A stretch of DNA of 64,000 bases from a virus, in IMG/VR virus record IMGVR_UViG_3300038701_001167, positions 7,536 through 71,535 of that record. One strand, given 5' to 3'. Of the stretch, positions 7,852 to 17,795 are shown one piece after another (the stretch's first letter is position 1; every line of letters starts with the position of its first letter). The notes under the pieces were generated by a model. That model saw nothing but the letters and a program-made list of their open reading frames with translations, did no database searches and had not been told where the DNA came from. Position numbers and translations under genes: made by a program.

Positions 7852-8306
7852 GCATGAGCCAAATGCAAGAGCGTGTGAACGCTCAGATCAAACCAGACAA
7901 TCAGGATGTGAACCAAGGTGCTGCAAAGTTCGATGGAGCCAAGGTCCGTGTTGACCTGGTTCCGGCAGAGTTCACCTACGCCACAGCGGCAACCCTGACC
8001 TACGGGGCCATCAAGTACGAAGAATGGAACTGGGCCAAGGGTCTTCGCAAAGGCCGGATCATGGCCGCTCTCATGCGCCATGCCATGAAATACCTGGTTC
8101 GGGAAGAGATCGATCAGGAAAGTGGTCTTCCTCACACTTGGCACATGGCTGCCTGTCTGGCGATGCTGATTGCATCTGAGGCTCGTGGCACAGCCGTAGA
8201 GGATCGTCAGGAAGCTGTCTCTGCTCTGGAAGAAATGGAAGCTCAGTTCTCCAACATGAACGACCCCCGCAACACTGTGAAGAATGCAGGGGGATCTCTA
8301 GTATGA
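7848..8306 (+). CDS. dATP/dGTP diphosphohydrolase-like protein (DUF5664-type)
   Basis: KFDGAKVRVDLVP...LTYGAIKYEEWNWAKG...AALMRH...DQESGLPHTWHMAACL. Confidence 0.8.
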   Translation: MSMSQMQERVNAQIKPDNQDVNQGAAKFDGAKVRVDLVPAEFTYATAATLTYGAIKYEEWNWAKGLRKGRIMAALMRHAMKYLVREEIDQESGLPHTWHMAACLAMLIASEARGTAVEDRQEAVSALEEMEAQFSNMNDPRNTVKNAGGSLV

Positions 8307-8518
8307 CCACCCGCATCCGCAAAGGGGCGAGTAGCCTCAATGCCTACATCATCGCTTACGCCGATGATGAGACAGAACACATTGCTCTCGCTGTTGCCAA
8401 GAACACAGGGGAGCTCTTTGTCTGTCATCAAGTGATCTCTGTGACAGCGGATTGGTGGGAAGCCACAACGGTCTCCCCCAACCACTACAAGTGGGAATTC
8501 GTGAGGCCAGCTAAGTAA
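8303..8518 (+). CDS. hypothetical protein (71 aa)
   Basis: ATGA and TAATG coupling on both sides. Confidence 0.65.
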   Translation: MTTRIRKGASSLNAYIIAYADDETEHIALAVAKNTGELFVCHQVISVTADWWEATTVSPNHYKWEFVRPAK

Positions 8519-10212
8519 TGGCCAAGATCACTGCAGAAGAGCTGATCCCAGATGAAGAGCTTTCCGCCGTAGAGCGGGATGCTGAAGAGCTGAGTGCAGC
8601 AATGGCCGGTAGAGGCCTGATGAAACAGACCGTGGATGATTGGCTGAACCAAGTCGATTACGCGGAGCTGAACTCAGGTCACTACATGCCGTCGACCTTC
8701 TCTCTGATGTTCATGAACTTCATCAAACTGGTGAATGGTGAAGAAGGTGAGCAGAACAAAACACCCGTGGTTCACCTGGCCATGCTCGATCAGATGGCTG
8801 GGAACAAGAAACAGATCGCCAATCTGTGTCATCGAGGCTTGGGCAAGACAACAGTATTCGCTGAATACCTATTGCCATACATTGCGATATTCGAAGGGAT
8901 CGAAGGCTTCGGGGAGGTCGATGGTATCATCTACATCTCTGACTCGATGGACAACGGTGTAAAGTCCCTTCGTAAGAACCTTGAGCACCGGTACGACAAC
9001 TCGGAATACCTTCGTGAATGGCTCCCAGAAGCCAACTTCACTGACGCCTATATTGAGTTCAGAAACAAGAACGGCCGCAAGACCGGCATCAAGATGTTTG
9101 GCGCCAAGACAGGTATTCGAGGAACCAAGATCTTCGGAAACCGTCCAACGCTGTGTATTCTCGATGACCTTGTGTCGGATGATGACGCCAAGTCGAAAGC
9201 AGCAATGTCTTCGATCAAGGACACTGTCCACAAAGGTGTGAAGGCGGCTCTGCATCCAACCAAGCGGAAGATCATCTTCAACGGTACTCCGTTCAACAAG
9301 AACGACATCCTTTACGAGAGCGTTGAGTCCGGTGCTTGGCACGTCAACGTGTGGCCGGTCTGTGAGAAATTCCCGTGTTCACGTGAAGATTTCCGTGGCT
9401 CCTGGGAAGATCGTTTCACCTATGACTTTGTGCAGGAAGAATATCAGAATGCTCTGATGGAAGGTCAGCTTGGTGCCTTCATGCAAGAATACATGCTGAG
9501 GATCACTTCTGCAGAAGAACGTCTGGTTCAGGATGAAGAAATCCGTTGGTACAGCCGCATCGCTCTGCTGAAAGCTCGGAACAACTTCAACTTCTACATC
9601 ACCACAGACTTTGCCACCAAAGGCAAACAGCACAATGACTTCTCGGTCATTTCTGTCTGGGCCTACAACGCCAATGGTGACTGGTTCTGGGTGGATGGTA
9701 TCTGCGCCAAGCAGACGATGGATAAGAACATCAACGATCTGTTTCGTCTGGCTCAACAGTATCAGCCACAGTCTGTCGGGATTGAGATTTCAGGACAACA
9801 GGGTGCATTCATCCAGTGGATCCAGAATGAGATGATGGTCCGGAATGTCTGGTTCAATCTTGCCAACGGAAAGAACAACCAGCCTGGTATCCAGCCTGAA
9901 GTGGACAAGCTCAGCCGGTTTAATCTGGTCGTTCCCTGGTTCAAAGCTGGCAAGATGTATTTCCCGACAGAGATGCGGGGAACCAAGGTCATTGGAGAGT
10001 TCATCGATGAGATGACGATGGCCATGATCACTGGGTTCAAATCCAAGCACGATGATGCGGTCGATACGATATCGATGCTTGCTTACCTCAAGGCTTGGAA
10101 GCCATCCAGTGACACAAAGATGGTTGAGAGCTCAGACGCAGATGGGGTCTGGGATTTGAACGATGGATTTGAAGAAGAAGAGCTCAGTGGGCTCTCAGCT
10201 TACCTGGGATAA
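8518..10212 (+). CDS. terL: terminase large subunit (N4 gp68 homolog)
   Basis: Walker A CHRGLGKTT, Walker B ILDD, coupling motif NGTP, nuclease TTDFA and HDDAVD. Confidence 0.95.
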   Translation: MAKITAEELIPDEELSAVERDAEELSAAMAGRGLMKQTVDDWLNQVDYAELNSGHYMPSTFSLMFMNFIKLVNGEEGEQNKTPVVHLAMLDQMAGNKKQIANLCHRGLGKTTVFAEYLLPYIAIFEGIEGFGEVDGIIYISDSMDNGVKSLRKNLEHRYDNSEYLREWLPEANFTDAYIEFRNKNGRKTGIKMFGAKTGIRGTKIFGNRPTLCILDDLVSDDDAKSKAAMSSIKDTVHKGVKAALHPTKRKIIFNGTPFNKNDILYESVESGAWHVNVWPVCEKFPCSREDFRGSWEDRFTYDFVQEEYQNALMEGQLGAFMQEYMLRITSAEERLVQDEEIRWYSRIALLKARNNFNFYITTDFATKGKQHNDFSVISVWAYNANGDWFWVDGICAKQTMDKNINDLFRLAQQYQPQSVGIEISGQQGAFIQWIQNEMMVRNVWFNLANGKNNQPGIQPEVDKLSRFNLVVPWFKAGKMYFPTEMRGTKVIGEFIDEMTMAMITGFKSKHDDAVDTISMLAYLKAWKPSSDTKMVESSDADGVWDLNDGFEEEELSGLSAYLG

Positions 10213-10223
10213 CGGAGAATTTC

Positions 10224-10949
10224 ATGAAGGTATCAGAATTGTTCGAAGCGTTGTCTGTTGGAGAGCTCAACAGCTTGAGTATCTCTTTGGATGGGAGTGG
10301 AGATATTGACGACATTCAGAAATCGAAGGTGATGTATTTCGCCAACCAATCACTGACGGCACTTTACACACGATTCCCGCATAAGATTGATTATGTTAAG
10401 GTTGGTCTCTCAGGGGATGTGTATCGCTACTATCTACGAGATGAGCATACTGTCTCAAACACCGATCCGACAAACACCGCGGATCGATACATCATGGACA
10501 CTGAGGCCGATCCCTTTGAAGGCCCGATCTCCAAGATCTTGTCGATCAGGGACGATGACGCTGAGTGCTTCCGGGACCGGGACATTCTAATCAATGAACT
10601 CTCTGCTGAGAACGCTGTACGCAAGCTCTCACATGATGGGTTCCGTGTTGAGAAGCCTGTGGATGGGAACGTGTATCTGGTCGAGTACCAGGCGCTGCAT
10701 CCTAAGCTGTCTGTCACAGAGCCAAACGATGACGAGCTCATTGAACTGGCTCCAGTCTTGTATGAAGCCCTGACCACTCGCATTGCGTCCAAGGTCTACA
10801 AAGCCATGGGCAATGAAGATGCTGTCGTAAAAGCAAACCTGTTGATGCAGGATTACGAGGATATCTGTCTACGTGCAGAAGCAGATGACTCGCTACAGCT
10901 TAGTGTTTCCAACAATCACGACAAGCTGCGTGAGGGAGGCTGGAAATAA
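10224..10949 (+). CDS. N4 gp67-like virion (head-tail/tail) protein
   Basis: ELFEALSVGELNSL...NQSLTALYTRF pattern; follows TerL as in N4. Confidence 0.75.
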   Translation: MKVSELFEALSVGELNSLSISLDGSGDIDDIQKSKVMYFANQSLTALYTRFPHKIDYVKVGLSGDVYRYYLRDEHTVSNTDPTNTADRYIMDTEADPFEGPISKILSIRDDDAECFRDRDILINELSAENAVRKLSHDGFRVEKPVDGNVYLVEYQALHPKLSVTEPNDDELIELAPVLYEALTTRIASKVYKAMGNEDAVVKANLLMQDYEDICLRAEADDSLQLSVSNNHDKLREGGWK

Positions 10950-12604
10950 TGCCTCTGGATACTCTCCAACAAATCTCTGATGCCCTGGATCAACACTCTG
11001 TTCGGATCACTACGGCACAGAATTCAGCTGACTCTGCCAATACCGAAGCAGCTCGTGCGTTGTCCCGGATCTACGATGTGGATCTGGGCGCAACCATTTA
11101 TACCGATACCGAGATCGAGAAGCTCAAGACGCAGCTGAGACAAGAGTTTGATCAGTATCTGACCAACACGTTTGGTAATATTGATGCGACACTTGTCGAC
11201 AGAATCAACAACCATGTTCCTGGTCTGTTGCTCGATCGATATGGCAGCTACTCCCAAATGCAGGCACTCAATGATGCTCTGCTGCACCGGTTTGGTCAGA
11301 GTGATGCTGCCATTGCCACTCTACTTGATGAGATAATCCCAGGAATTTTGGGAACAGTGGATCAACTGTCCAATCAGTCAGACAATGTCGCACAAGACTT
11401 CGTTCTGCTGCAGAACGCTCTGAAGTCTGTATTGGTGGTCTATGCAGCTGATGCAGCTGGTTCAGATCAAAGTCTGACACCGAGCAACCGAGAGTATGTC
11501 CAATACGTCGAGTACAATGGAACTCCCCCTACTCTACCAGTGACAGGCACATTCACCAAGTTCGTGGGTGTAGGCCAGTCCACATGGCCAATCTATGCGT
11601 CAACAAGTTCTGGACAGGATCAGTCTTTTGAGCCTGGTTCAAGAACTTATGTGACTTTTTACAACTCCCCTGTGGCTCCTGATCTTCCTGTGTCTGGAGA
11701 GACCTTCGTCAAGTATGTGGGAGAAGACGGGGCATCCGGTGAACGAGGAGCCGGGGTCTGGTACGTCTCGGTATTATCCCTACCTTTGACGTCCTCGACC
11801 GCTGCCCAGGATGCCTGGAACTCTGCTGTATCCGGGGGACAGGATATTCCCACTCGGCCGAAGATACAGGATCAGGTATATTTCTATACCGGCACAGCGG
11901 GCAATCCTACCGGGCAGAGAGTATTCATCTGTCAATGGGCAACAAGCGACACCAGTCATGGATGGGATTACCAAGAGAACGTGATGAGAGGGGATCTCCT
12001 GGTTCCCGGAACTGTCACGACAAACGAGATCAACAGTCGTGGTCTCTCGATTCATGATGAGAATGGGAACGTCATACTCCAGGCAACTGGTGGATCTGCT
12101 GGGATCAACCTTAGTAAAGTTATTGGTGCCGGAAACTTCGCTGGATTGAACCAGCTGACAGCGGCAAACATTGGCACTTATATTTCTACGGCCGCCATTG
12201 GATCAGCATACATCCGAGACCTCGCGGTGGACACACTCAAGATCAAGGGCAACGCTGTCACCATACCGCTTTCACAGACTCTTACCTCCAATACTGAATT
12301 CGGAAACGGTACATTCAACGAGATCCAATGGCTAAACCATACTCTGGATTTCCCCGGAGAATTGCTGGTGCTGTGGAACGGCAAACAGGACTATATCTCA
12401 CAACCGACTCCTCACGAGATAGAAGTGCGGATTGGCGGGACGACCGTGCTTTTGCGAGGGGGGGATGAGACAAACGACTACCCCACAATTCATTACTCTG
12501 CCACTTACCCGGCAGGAACACGAAGAATAGGGATCTGGTACAAGAACAACGGTGGTGCCCGTATCCAGTCAAGAACCCTCACAATCCTTGGGGTCAAGAA
12601 GTGA
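10949..12604 (+). CDS. tail fibre / host-specificity protein
   Basis: C-terminal IGSAYIRDLAVDTLKIKGNAVT typical of fibre/J-like proteins; internal duplicated PxLPVxGxFxKxVG segment. Confidence 0.65.
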   Translation: MPLDTLQQISDALDQHSVRITTAQNSADSANTEAARALSRIYDVDLGATIYTDTEIEKLKTQLRQEFDQYLTNTFGNIDATLVDRINNHVPGLLLDRYGSYSQMQALNDALLHRFGQSDAAIATLLDEIIPGILGTVDQLSNQSDNVAQDFVLLQNALKSVLVVYAADAAGSDQSLTPSNREYVQYVEYNGTPPTLPVTGTFTKFVGVGQSTWPIYASTSSGQDQSFEPGSRTYVTFYNSPVAPDLPVSGETFVKYVGEDGASGERGAGVWYVSVLSLPLTSSTAAQDAWNSAVSGGQDIPTRPKIQDQVYFYTGTAGNPTGQRVFICQWATSDTSHGWDYQENVMRGDLLVPGTVTTNEINSRGLSIHDENGNVILQATGGSAGINLSKVIGAGNFAGLNQLTAANIGTYISTAAIGSAYIRDLAVDTLKIKGNAVTIPLSQTLTSNTEFGNGTFNEIQWLNHTLDFPGELLVLWNGKQDYISQPTPHEIEVRIGGTTVLLRGGDETNDYPTIHYSATYPAGTRRIGIWYKNNGGARIQSRTLTILGVKK

Positions 12605-13179
12605 AGTACGCACTCTACAATAAATCTGACGGGCATGTCTTGGGTCATGGATCTGCACCTGACGGTTACGATCTGGCGCAGCTTGAAGATGCGGAGACAG
12701 GAGTTATCGAGGTCAGCGAAGAGCCTGATCCCCATACGAAGGTCGTAGAAGGCTCGATCGTCCCGATGATGCCGGAAGAAATCGAGCAGGTGAAATTCCC
12801 TTCGATAAAGATGCAAGCGCCTGCGCGGGTGCGCCAAATTGTTTCGTCAGCGCGGCAGACATACATAACTGAACTTCCCGGCCAAGATGCGCTTTATCAG
12901 GCAAAAGAGACCGAGGCAAAAGCCTTTCTGGCAGAGGCAAACCCAGTCATGGCTGATTACCCGCTTCTCTCTGCCGAGACCGGCATCACTGCCCCAACGG
13001 CGGCCGAGCTTGCGAACCTTTGGATCTCAATGGGTATGCAATGGCGCAGCGTGGCCGCCCAGATCGAGGCGGCCCGCATGACGGCCAACACGGCAATCGG
13101 GGCTGCAACGACTGTCTTGGAGATCGAAGCTGCCCTCGCCGCACTGGACACCGCCATAGCAGGATTGCCGACACCATGA
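12601..13179 (+). CDS. putative tail-fibre assembly chaperone
   Basis: Follows the fibre gene; YITELPGQDALYQAKE..A motif. Confidence 0.55.
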   Translation: MKYALYNKSDGHVLGHGSAPDGYDLAQLEDAETGVIEVSEEPDPHTKVVEGSIVPMMPEEIEQVKFPSIKMQAPARVRQIVSSARQTYITELPGQDALYQAKETEAKAFLAEANPVMADYPLLSAETGITAPTAAELANLWISMGMQWRSVAAQIEAARMTANTAIGAATTVLEIEAALAALDTAIAGLPTP

Positions 13180-13194
13180 GGTTTGACCTGCGTA

Positions 13195-13602
13195 ATGCCT
13201 ACAATTGGTCCCAATTTGGAATGGCACAAAGTTCAAGCATTAGATCGAGTGAATCAAATGATTGGAGATGCCCGGAAGAAATACATTACACATATTCCGG
13301 GACAGGATGCACTCTACCAAGCAAAGAAAGATACTGCTCTCAGGTATCTTGCCGAAAACCCTGAGCCAAGTTTGTTGGATGGGTATTACTTGATAAAGAA
13401 GGAAGTCGGTAAAACGGCTCCCACGGCATATGAGTTGTGTCAGCTTTGGCTCAACATGAACCAGATGTGGGAGATGATTGCTGGAGATCTAGAGTACATA
13501 CGAGTTCCAACAAACACGGCAATCGAGAACGCAAATTCACGGAGTGAGATCGATAGCCTTGTGAACCAAGCAGAGGCAGACATTAAAATGACTGGTTACT
13601 GA
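13195..13602 (+). CDS. paralog of the preceding chaperone-like protein
   Basis: YITHIPGQDALYQAKK..A aligns with the upstream gene. Confidence 0.6.
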   Translation: MPTIGPNLEWHKVQALDRVNQMIGDARKKYITHIPGQDALYQAKKDTALRYLAENPEPSLLDGYYLIKKEVGKTAPTAYELCQLWLNMNQMWEMIAGDLEYIRVPTNTAIENANSRSEIDSLVNQAEADIKMTGY

Positions 13603-13673
13603 TAACTAGTTCCTTCCATCCTGTGTGCTGTGGTAAGACACACCATAGCACACCATAGCGAACGGAAACCCTC

Positions 13674-15428
13674 ATGACTGATTACTGTAACGTAACTGGG
13701 CAAATTTCTGACATTTTTGCAGATGCTATGGGTGAGCTGACTGTAGAGTTTCGTTCAGCTAAAAGTAGTCCTCATAGGGTTGGAAGTTTTGTTGTTTCAA
13801 CAAAACGAGTTCAAGTAAGAACAACTGAACAGGGTTTAATAGACGTTAATCTTGTTCCCGGTAATTACTATGTAAAATTAAAGACAAATGCTCGTGATAC
13901 GGACGAATTTTTAATTGCTGTTCCAAGCCAACAAAATGCACTTATTCATGAGTTATTGATTGGAACTTTTCCCGATGATATTGATTCGGTAACTCAAGCA
14001 GTTATTGATGTTCAGTCATACTTTAGCCAGACAGTTGCAATAAGAGACGAAGTACAAATTTTAGCTCAAAATTTTTCCGATGGGGAAGATGGAAACAGTG
14101 CTTATGAAGTAGCAGTGTTACAAGGGTATAGTGGAACAGTAAGTGATTGGCTCACATCTTTAGTAGGTCCCCAAGGGAATGTAGGTCCACAAGGAATACA
14201 AGGAGAGATCGGTCCCGTAGGTCCGCAAGGCATACAAGGTCTGAAAGGCGATACAGGTAATACTGGTCCCGTCGGTCCTGCAGGTGTTCAAGGTCCTCAA
14301 GGTGTGACCGGACTTACCGGTGAAACAGGGCCTGTTGGTCCACAAGGTATTCAAGGCCTGAAAGGTGATACTGGTGAGGCCGGCCCACAAGGCGTGAAAG
14401 GTGATCAAGGACGTGGGTTCACTGTTCTTGGGAATGTTACAACAGTAAGTGACCTGCCTAGTACGGGAAACACAGCTGGGGATGCTTACTCAGTTGGGTC
14501 TACATCTCCACGGGACATTTATGTCTGGGATGGAGTCAATCTACAATGGGACAACATTGGCCCCTTAGAAGGACCTATTGGTCCACAAGGCCCACAAGGT
14601 ATTCAAGGTATTCAAGGTATTCAAGGTGATACTGGCTCCCAGGGTATACAGGGACCTGCCGGACCAGCTGGCCTGAAGGGAGATAAAGGTGATGCTGGAG
14701 ATATCGGACCACAGGGTCCTCAAGGCATCCAAGGTATTGCAGGTCCACAAGGCGCTCAGGGTGCTGTCGGTGATAGTGCTTATGATGAAGCTGTCTCTGA
14801 AGGGTTTGTAGGAACCAAGGCAGAATGGTTGGTATCATTGGTTGGTCCTGAAGGGCCGACTGGACCTCAAGGTATTCAAGGCATTCAGGGTGAGCAAGGT
14901 AATACAGGGCCGGAAGGTCCACAGGGTATTCAAGGTCCACAGGGAATACAGGGACCTCAAGGAATACAGGGCGAAATCGGCCCTGCTGGAACCACTGATT
15001 ACAATCTGCTGAACAATGTCCCAACGCTGGGAACTGCTGCAGCTGAAGATACAACGGCTTTTGCTACAGCCGCTCAAGGCACCAAGGCTGACGCGGCACT
15101 GCCTCGTTCTGGCGGTGTTATGACAGGCAACATCACGCTCGATGAGGTCACGGAGAAAGTCAACGAGATTACCGGCACGGTGATCGAACCCGCAAACGGT
15201 ACGGTGCAGTGGAAGCACCTCCTTGCAAATGTGGCGTTCACAGAGAGCTTTACGAGCGGACAGAGTGTGCTGCTTCGGCTGAGTAATACGGTCACTTATG
15301 CCGTCACATGGCCCACAATAACGTGGGTGAACGACTCTGCACCGGACCTGACTACGGGCGGAGTACACGCCCTCGTGCTCTGGAAAGAAGGCTCTACGCT
15401 CTACGGGCAATATGTGGGGACTGTCTGA
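13674..15428 (+). CDS. collagen-like (Gly-X-Y) tail fibre protein
   Basis: Long GPQGxQG runs interrupted by SAY..A...G..GT...WL.SL.GP blocks. Confidence 0.85.
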   Translation: MTDYCNVTGQISDIFADAMGELTVEFRSAKSSPHRVGSFVVSTKRVQVRTTEQGLIDVNLVPGNYYVKLKTNARDTDEFLIAVPSQQNALIHELLIGTFPDDIDSVTQAVIDVQSYFSQTVAIRDEVQILAQNFSDGEDGNSAYEVAVLQGYSGTVSDWLTSLVGPQGNVGPQGIQGEIGPVGPQGIQGLKGDTGNTGPVGPAGVQGPQGVTGLTGETGPVGPQGIQGLKGDTGEAGPQGVKGDQGRGFTVLGNVTTVSDLPSTGNTAGDAYSVGSTSPRDIYVWDGVNLQWDNIGPLEGPIGPQGPQGIQGIQGIQGDTGSQGIQGPAGPAGLKGDKGDAGDIGPQGPQGIQGIAGPQGAQGAVGDSAYDEAVSEGFVGTKAEWLVSLVGPEGPTGPQGIQGIQGEQGNTGPEGPQGIQGPQGIQGPQGIQGEIGPAGTTDYNLLNNVPTLGTAAAEDTTAFATAAQGTKADAALPRSGGVMTGNITLDEVTEKVNEITGTVIEPANGTVQWKHLLANVAFTESFTSGQSVLLRLSNTVTYAVTWPTITWVNDSAPDLTTGGVHALVLWKEGSTLYGQYVGTV

Positions 15429-16087
15429 TGTTGGTATCCAGAAAACTTCTGATGAAACAGTCAGCGAATAACATCACTTATATCGGATCGGTCACAAAGT
15501 CAGTGAAAAACGCAGGTGATTGGGACACGGCTCTGGACGCGTTAGATGTTTTGAGCATCGCATCACCGGGTGATTTGGCAGTCATTGCTTTTACGTTTGA
15601 CACCAATGAAGACAGCATTTGGACTTGGAGCGGAATGCCCTTTACCGAAATCGAGCACCACGGCGGCGGAGTCGCGGGGACATATGTGGGGTATCGTTTC
15701 GTGGACGCTGCGGACAGCAACCCCTACGTCACTGACGTTGCTGGGTGGGATGGGCTGACTGTTGTGTGTTCCGTGTTCCGCAATGTTGGAGCGTATGCTG
15801 GCGGCACCACGGCAGCGGGGGGATCAGGCTTTCCAGACCCACCACTACACACAGCAAGTGCGGGTGACTTGTGGATTGCAACAGGCCACATAGACGACGA
15901 TGGGGTGACAGATTTCTCTGCACCGACAAATTACACACTGGCCGGAAGCGCCGCGTACTCCCGTGCAACCGGGTCTTCTACGGCTATCGCCTATCGGATT
16001 GAGTCTCTCTCATCAGATGATCCGTCAGCTTTTGGCGGCACGGGCGATGACGCTTGGCGGGCCTACACAATAACATTTTCGGGGTAA
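15428..16087 (+). CDS. tail-associated protein (219 aa)
   Basis: TGATG coupling to the collagen-like fibre gene. Confidence 0.6.
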   Translation: MLVSRKLLMKQSANNITYIGSVTKSVKNAGDWDTALDALDVLSIASPGDLAVIAFTFDTNEDSIWTWSGMPFTEIEHHGGGVAGTYVGYRFVDAADSNPYVTDVAGWDGLTVVCSVFRNVGAYAGGTTAAGGSGFPDPPLHTASAGDLWIATGHIDDDGVTDFSAPTNYTLAGSAAYSRATGSSTAIAYRIESLSSDDPSAFGGTGDDAWRAYTITFSG

Positions 16088-16090
16088 GAC

Positions 16091-16678
16091 ATGACAACAT
16101 ACGCAGAAAAAATCGACGGCACTTGGATCATCAAAACACCTCGCCAGTTCATGACCGAGCGAAATGCCAGCATCCCTGCCGCGCAACTTGCAGACTACGG
16201 CCTGCATGAAGTTACGACAGACCCAAGACCTGCGGGCAAATATGTCTACGGCCCCATAGAGGACCGTGACGGCCTGCCAGTCCGCACATGGGTCCAGCAG
16301 GCCGTCACTGCCAAAGACGTAAACAAGGAACGAAACCGGCGTCTTGAAAGCGACTTCGGGTTTATGGGTAAGATGTTCCAACGTGATACAAAGTCTCTCC
16401 AGCGGATCACAGGGGCCGGAACACTAGCAGGTCTTTACATGGGTAATGGGGGAGACCCCCTATCACTAAAATGGCATGCTACAACCGAGAACCCTAATCC
16501 AGAAGATTTCATGTGGATCGCCAGTGATGACACTCTGGTTCCGATGAATGCAGCAACTGTATTCACATTCTCTCGTGAGGCGGCTGCTGTGGAAACTCGC
16601 CTGATCTTCAAAGCGAAAGTATTGAGGGCAATGGACCCGATCCCCGACGATTTCAAAGACGACAAATGGTGGACCTAG
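16091..16678 (+). CDS. putative tail-fibre chaperone (DUF4376-like)
   Basis: VNKERNRRLESDF...FQRD..S..RI...WIASDDTLVPM...KWW pattern. Confidence 0.55.
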   Translation: MTTYAEKIDGTWIIKTPRQFMTERNASIPAAQLADYGLHEVTTDPRPAGKYVYGPIEDRDGLPVRTWVQQAVTAKDVNKERNRRLESDFGFMGKMFQRDTKSLQRITGAGTLAGLYMGNGGDPLSLKWHATTENPNPEDFMWIASDDTLVPMNAATVFTFSREAAAVETRLIFKAKVLRAMDPIPDDFKDDKWWT

Positions 16679-16813
16679 TGCTTTGTATCACCTTGTGCAC
16701 TCTTTTACGCACAGTCCTGCTTATTTGAAGGAAGTGGGATTGGTCGAAAGGTTGCTTACTCTATGGTTCTGCTGTCACACCACATCAAAGCACACCAGAC
16801 AGGTCAAGCTCCC

Positions 16814-17293
16814 ATGACTATTCATATCGCGGCCTACAAAGGCTCAGGTAAATTGGTGGATAAGGCGGTAAGACTTGCCTTGTCTACCTACTACCAAACA
16901 CCGGTCCCCTACGCTCATGTGGAGTTGATGAAGGGACCTCGGACATTCCCTCTTCGTGGATCAGATACATCGAGTCAGATGTGTCTTGCTGCCTCCAAGC
17001 GAGATAAAGCTCGTGTTCGGAAAGAACAGATCTTCTTCAAGCCGAACCATTGGGATTTCTACACGATTCCCCAAGATGATATTTGGGATGAAGCTCAAGC
17101 AACTCTAGGTAATGGTTATGACACCCTCGGTGCCATACTCTGCATTACACCTTGGGCTCGTCTTCACCCTAAAAAAGAATGGTGCTCTGCCCTGATCGCT
17201 GACCTGGCCGGTTGGAAAGATCCGGAGCTCTATGATCCATATTTGGTCACACTGAAGGCGATGAGCCTCGGTGGCACAGTGACGGTGGGATAA
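16814..17293 (+). CDS. permuted papain-like (NlpC/P60, YaeF/YiiX-type) amidase candidate
   Basis: His motif YAHVEL precedes GNGYD and the Cys motif EWCSAL. Confidence 0.6.
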   Translation: MTIHIAAYKGSGKLVDKAVRLALSTYYQTPVPYAHVELMKGPRTFPLRGSDTSSQMCLAASKRDKARVRKEQIFFKPNHWDFYTIPQDDIWDEAQATLGNGYDTLGAILCITPWARLHPKKEWCSALIADLAGWKDPELYDPYLVTLKAMSLGGTVTVG

Positions 17294-17296
17294 ACC

Positions 17297-17584
17297 ATGA
17301 TTGAGCATCCCACTATGCCACCGATCGATCCACTTCTGGATTTCCGTATGAAACATCTGGAAAGACTGACGATTGAGCAAGCTGAACATATCAAGCAGCT
17401 CGAAAACTCTGTCAGAGAAAACCGCTCCTATTACGACAAACGTATCCAGGAGATCAAAGACCACTACGAGGAGCAGGAACGAAGTCGACTGATGTGGGGT
17501 ATTTCCTCACTTGGTTCTTTGGTCATGCTGCTGGTTGGTATTGTCTGGAACTACAGAGCGGTGATTTTCAAAGGAAGCAGCTGA
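17297..17584 (+). CDS. coiled-coil protein with a C-terminal TM helix (holin/antiholin-like)
   Basis: C-terminal LMWGISSLGSLVMLLVGIVW; in the lysis cassette. Confidence 0.55.
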   Translation: MIEHPTMPPIDPLLDFRMKHLERLTIEQAEHIKQLENSVRENRSYYDKRIQEIKDHYEEQERSRLMWGISSLGSLVMLLVGIVWNYRAVIFKGSS

Positions 17585-17585
17585 T

Positions 17586-17795
17586 ATGACTGTTTCCAAT
17601 AAATTCCTTCGTCGAGCTCACTTTATCCTGCTCATCGGAGCTTGGATGCTGACACTGACTTTGGTGGATCGCACCCTTTTCAAGCTGTCAAGGCTTTCTC
17701 CCCCAATAGCTGCACAGATTGAATTGCCTATCTGTGACAGCTCCCTCTGCAACACTGTCTTCAACAAGGTAAATCACTATGTCACTTCTCCCTGA
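17586..17795 (+). CDS. small N-terminal TM protein
   Basis: FILLIGAWMLTLTLV; in the lysis cassette. Confidence 0.5.
   Translation: MTVSNKFLRRAHFILLIGAWMLTLTLVDRTLFKLSRLSPPIAAQIELPICDSSLCNTVFNKVNHYVTSP

Noticed and set aside
7848-8306. 2-aminoadenine (Z) or 7-deazaguanine DNA modification system
   Set aside because: No PurZ, DatZ-like HD enzyme, or FolE/QueD/QueE/QueC/DpdA genes are recognisable in the window.
14160-14990. Collagen-like repeats as a novel repeat system
   Set aside because: Gly-X-Y fibres are common in phages.
10949-16678. Diversity-generating retroelement acting on tail fibres
   Set aside because: No reverse transcriptase and no adenine-specific TR/VR pair were seen.
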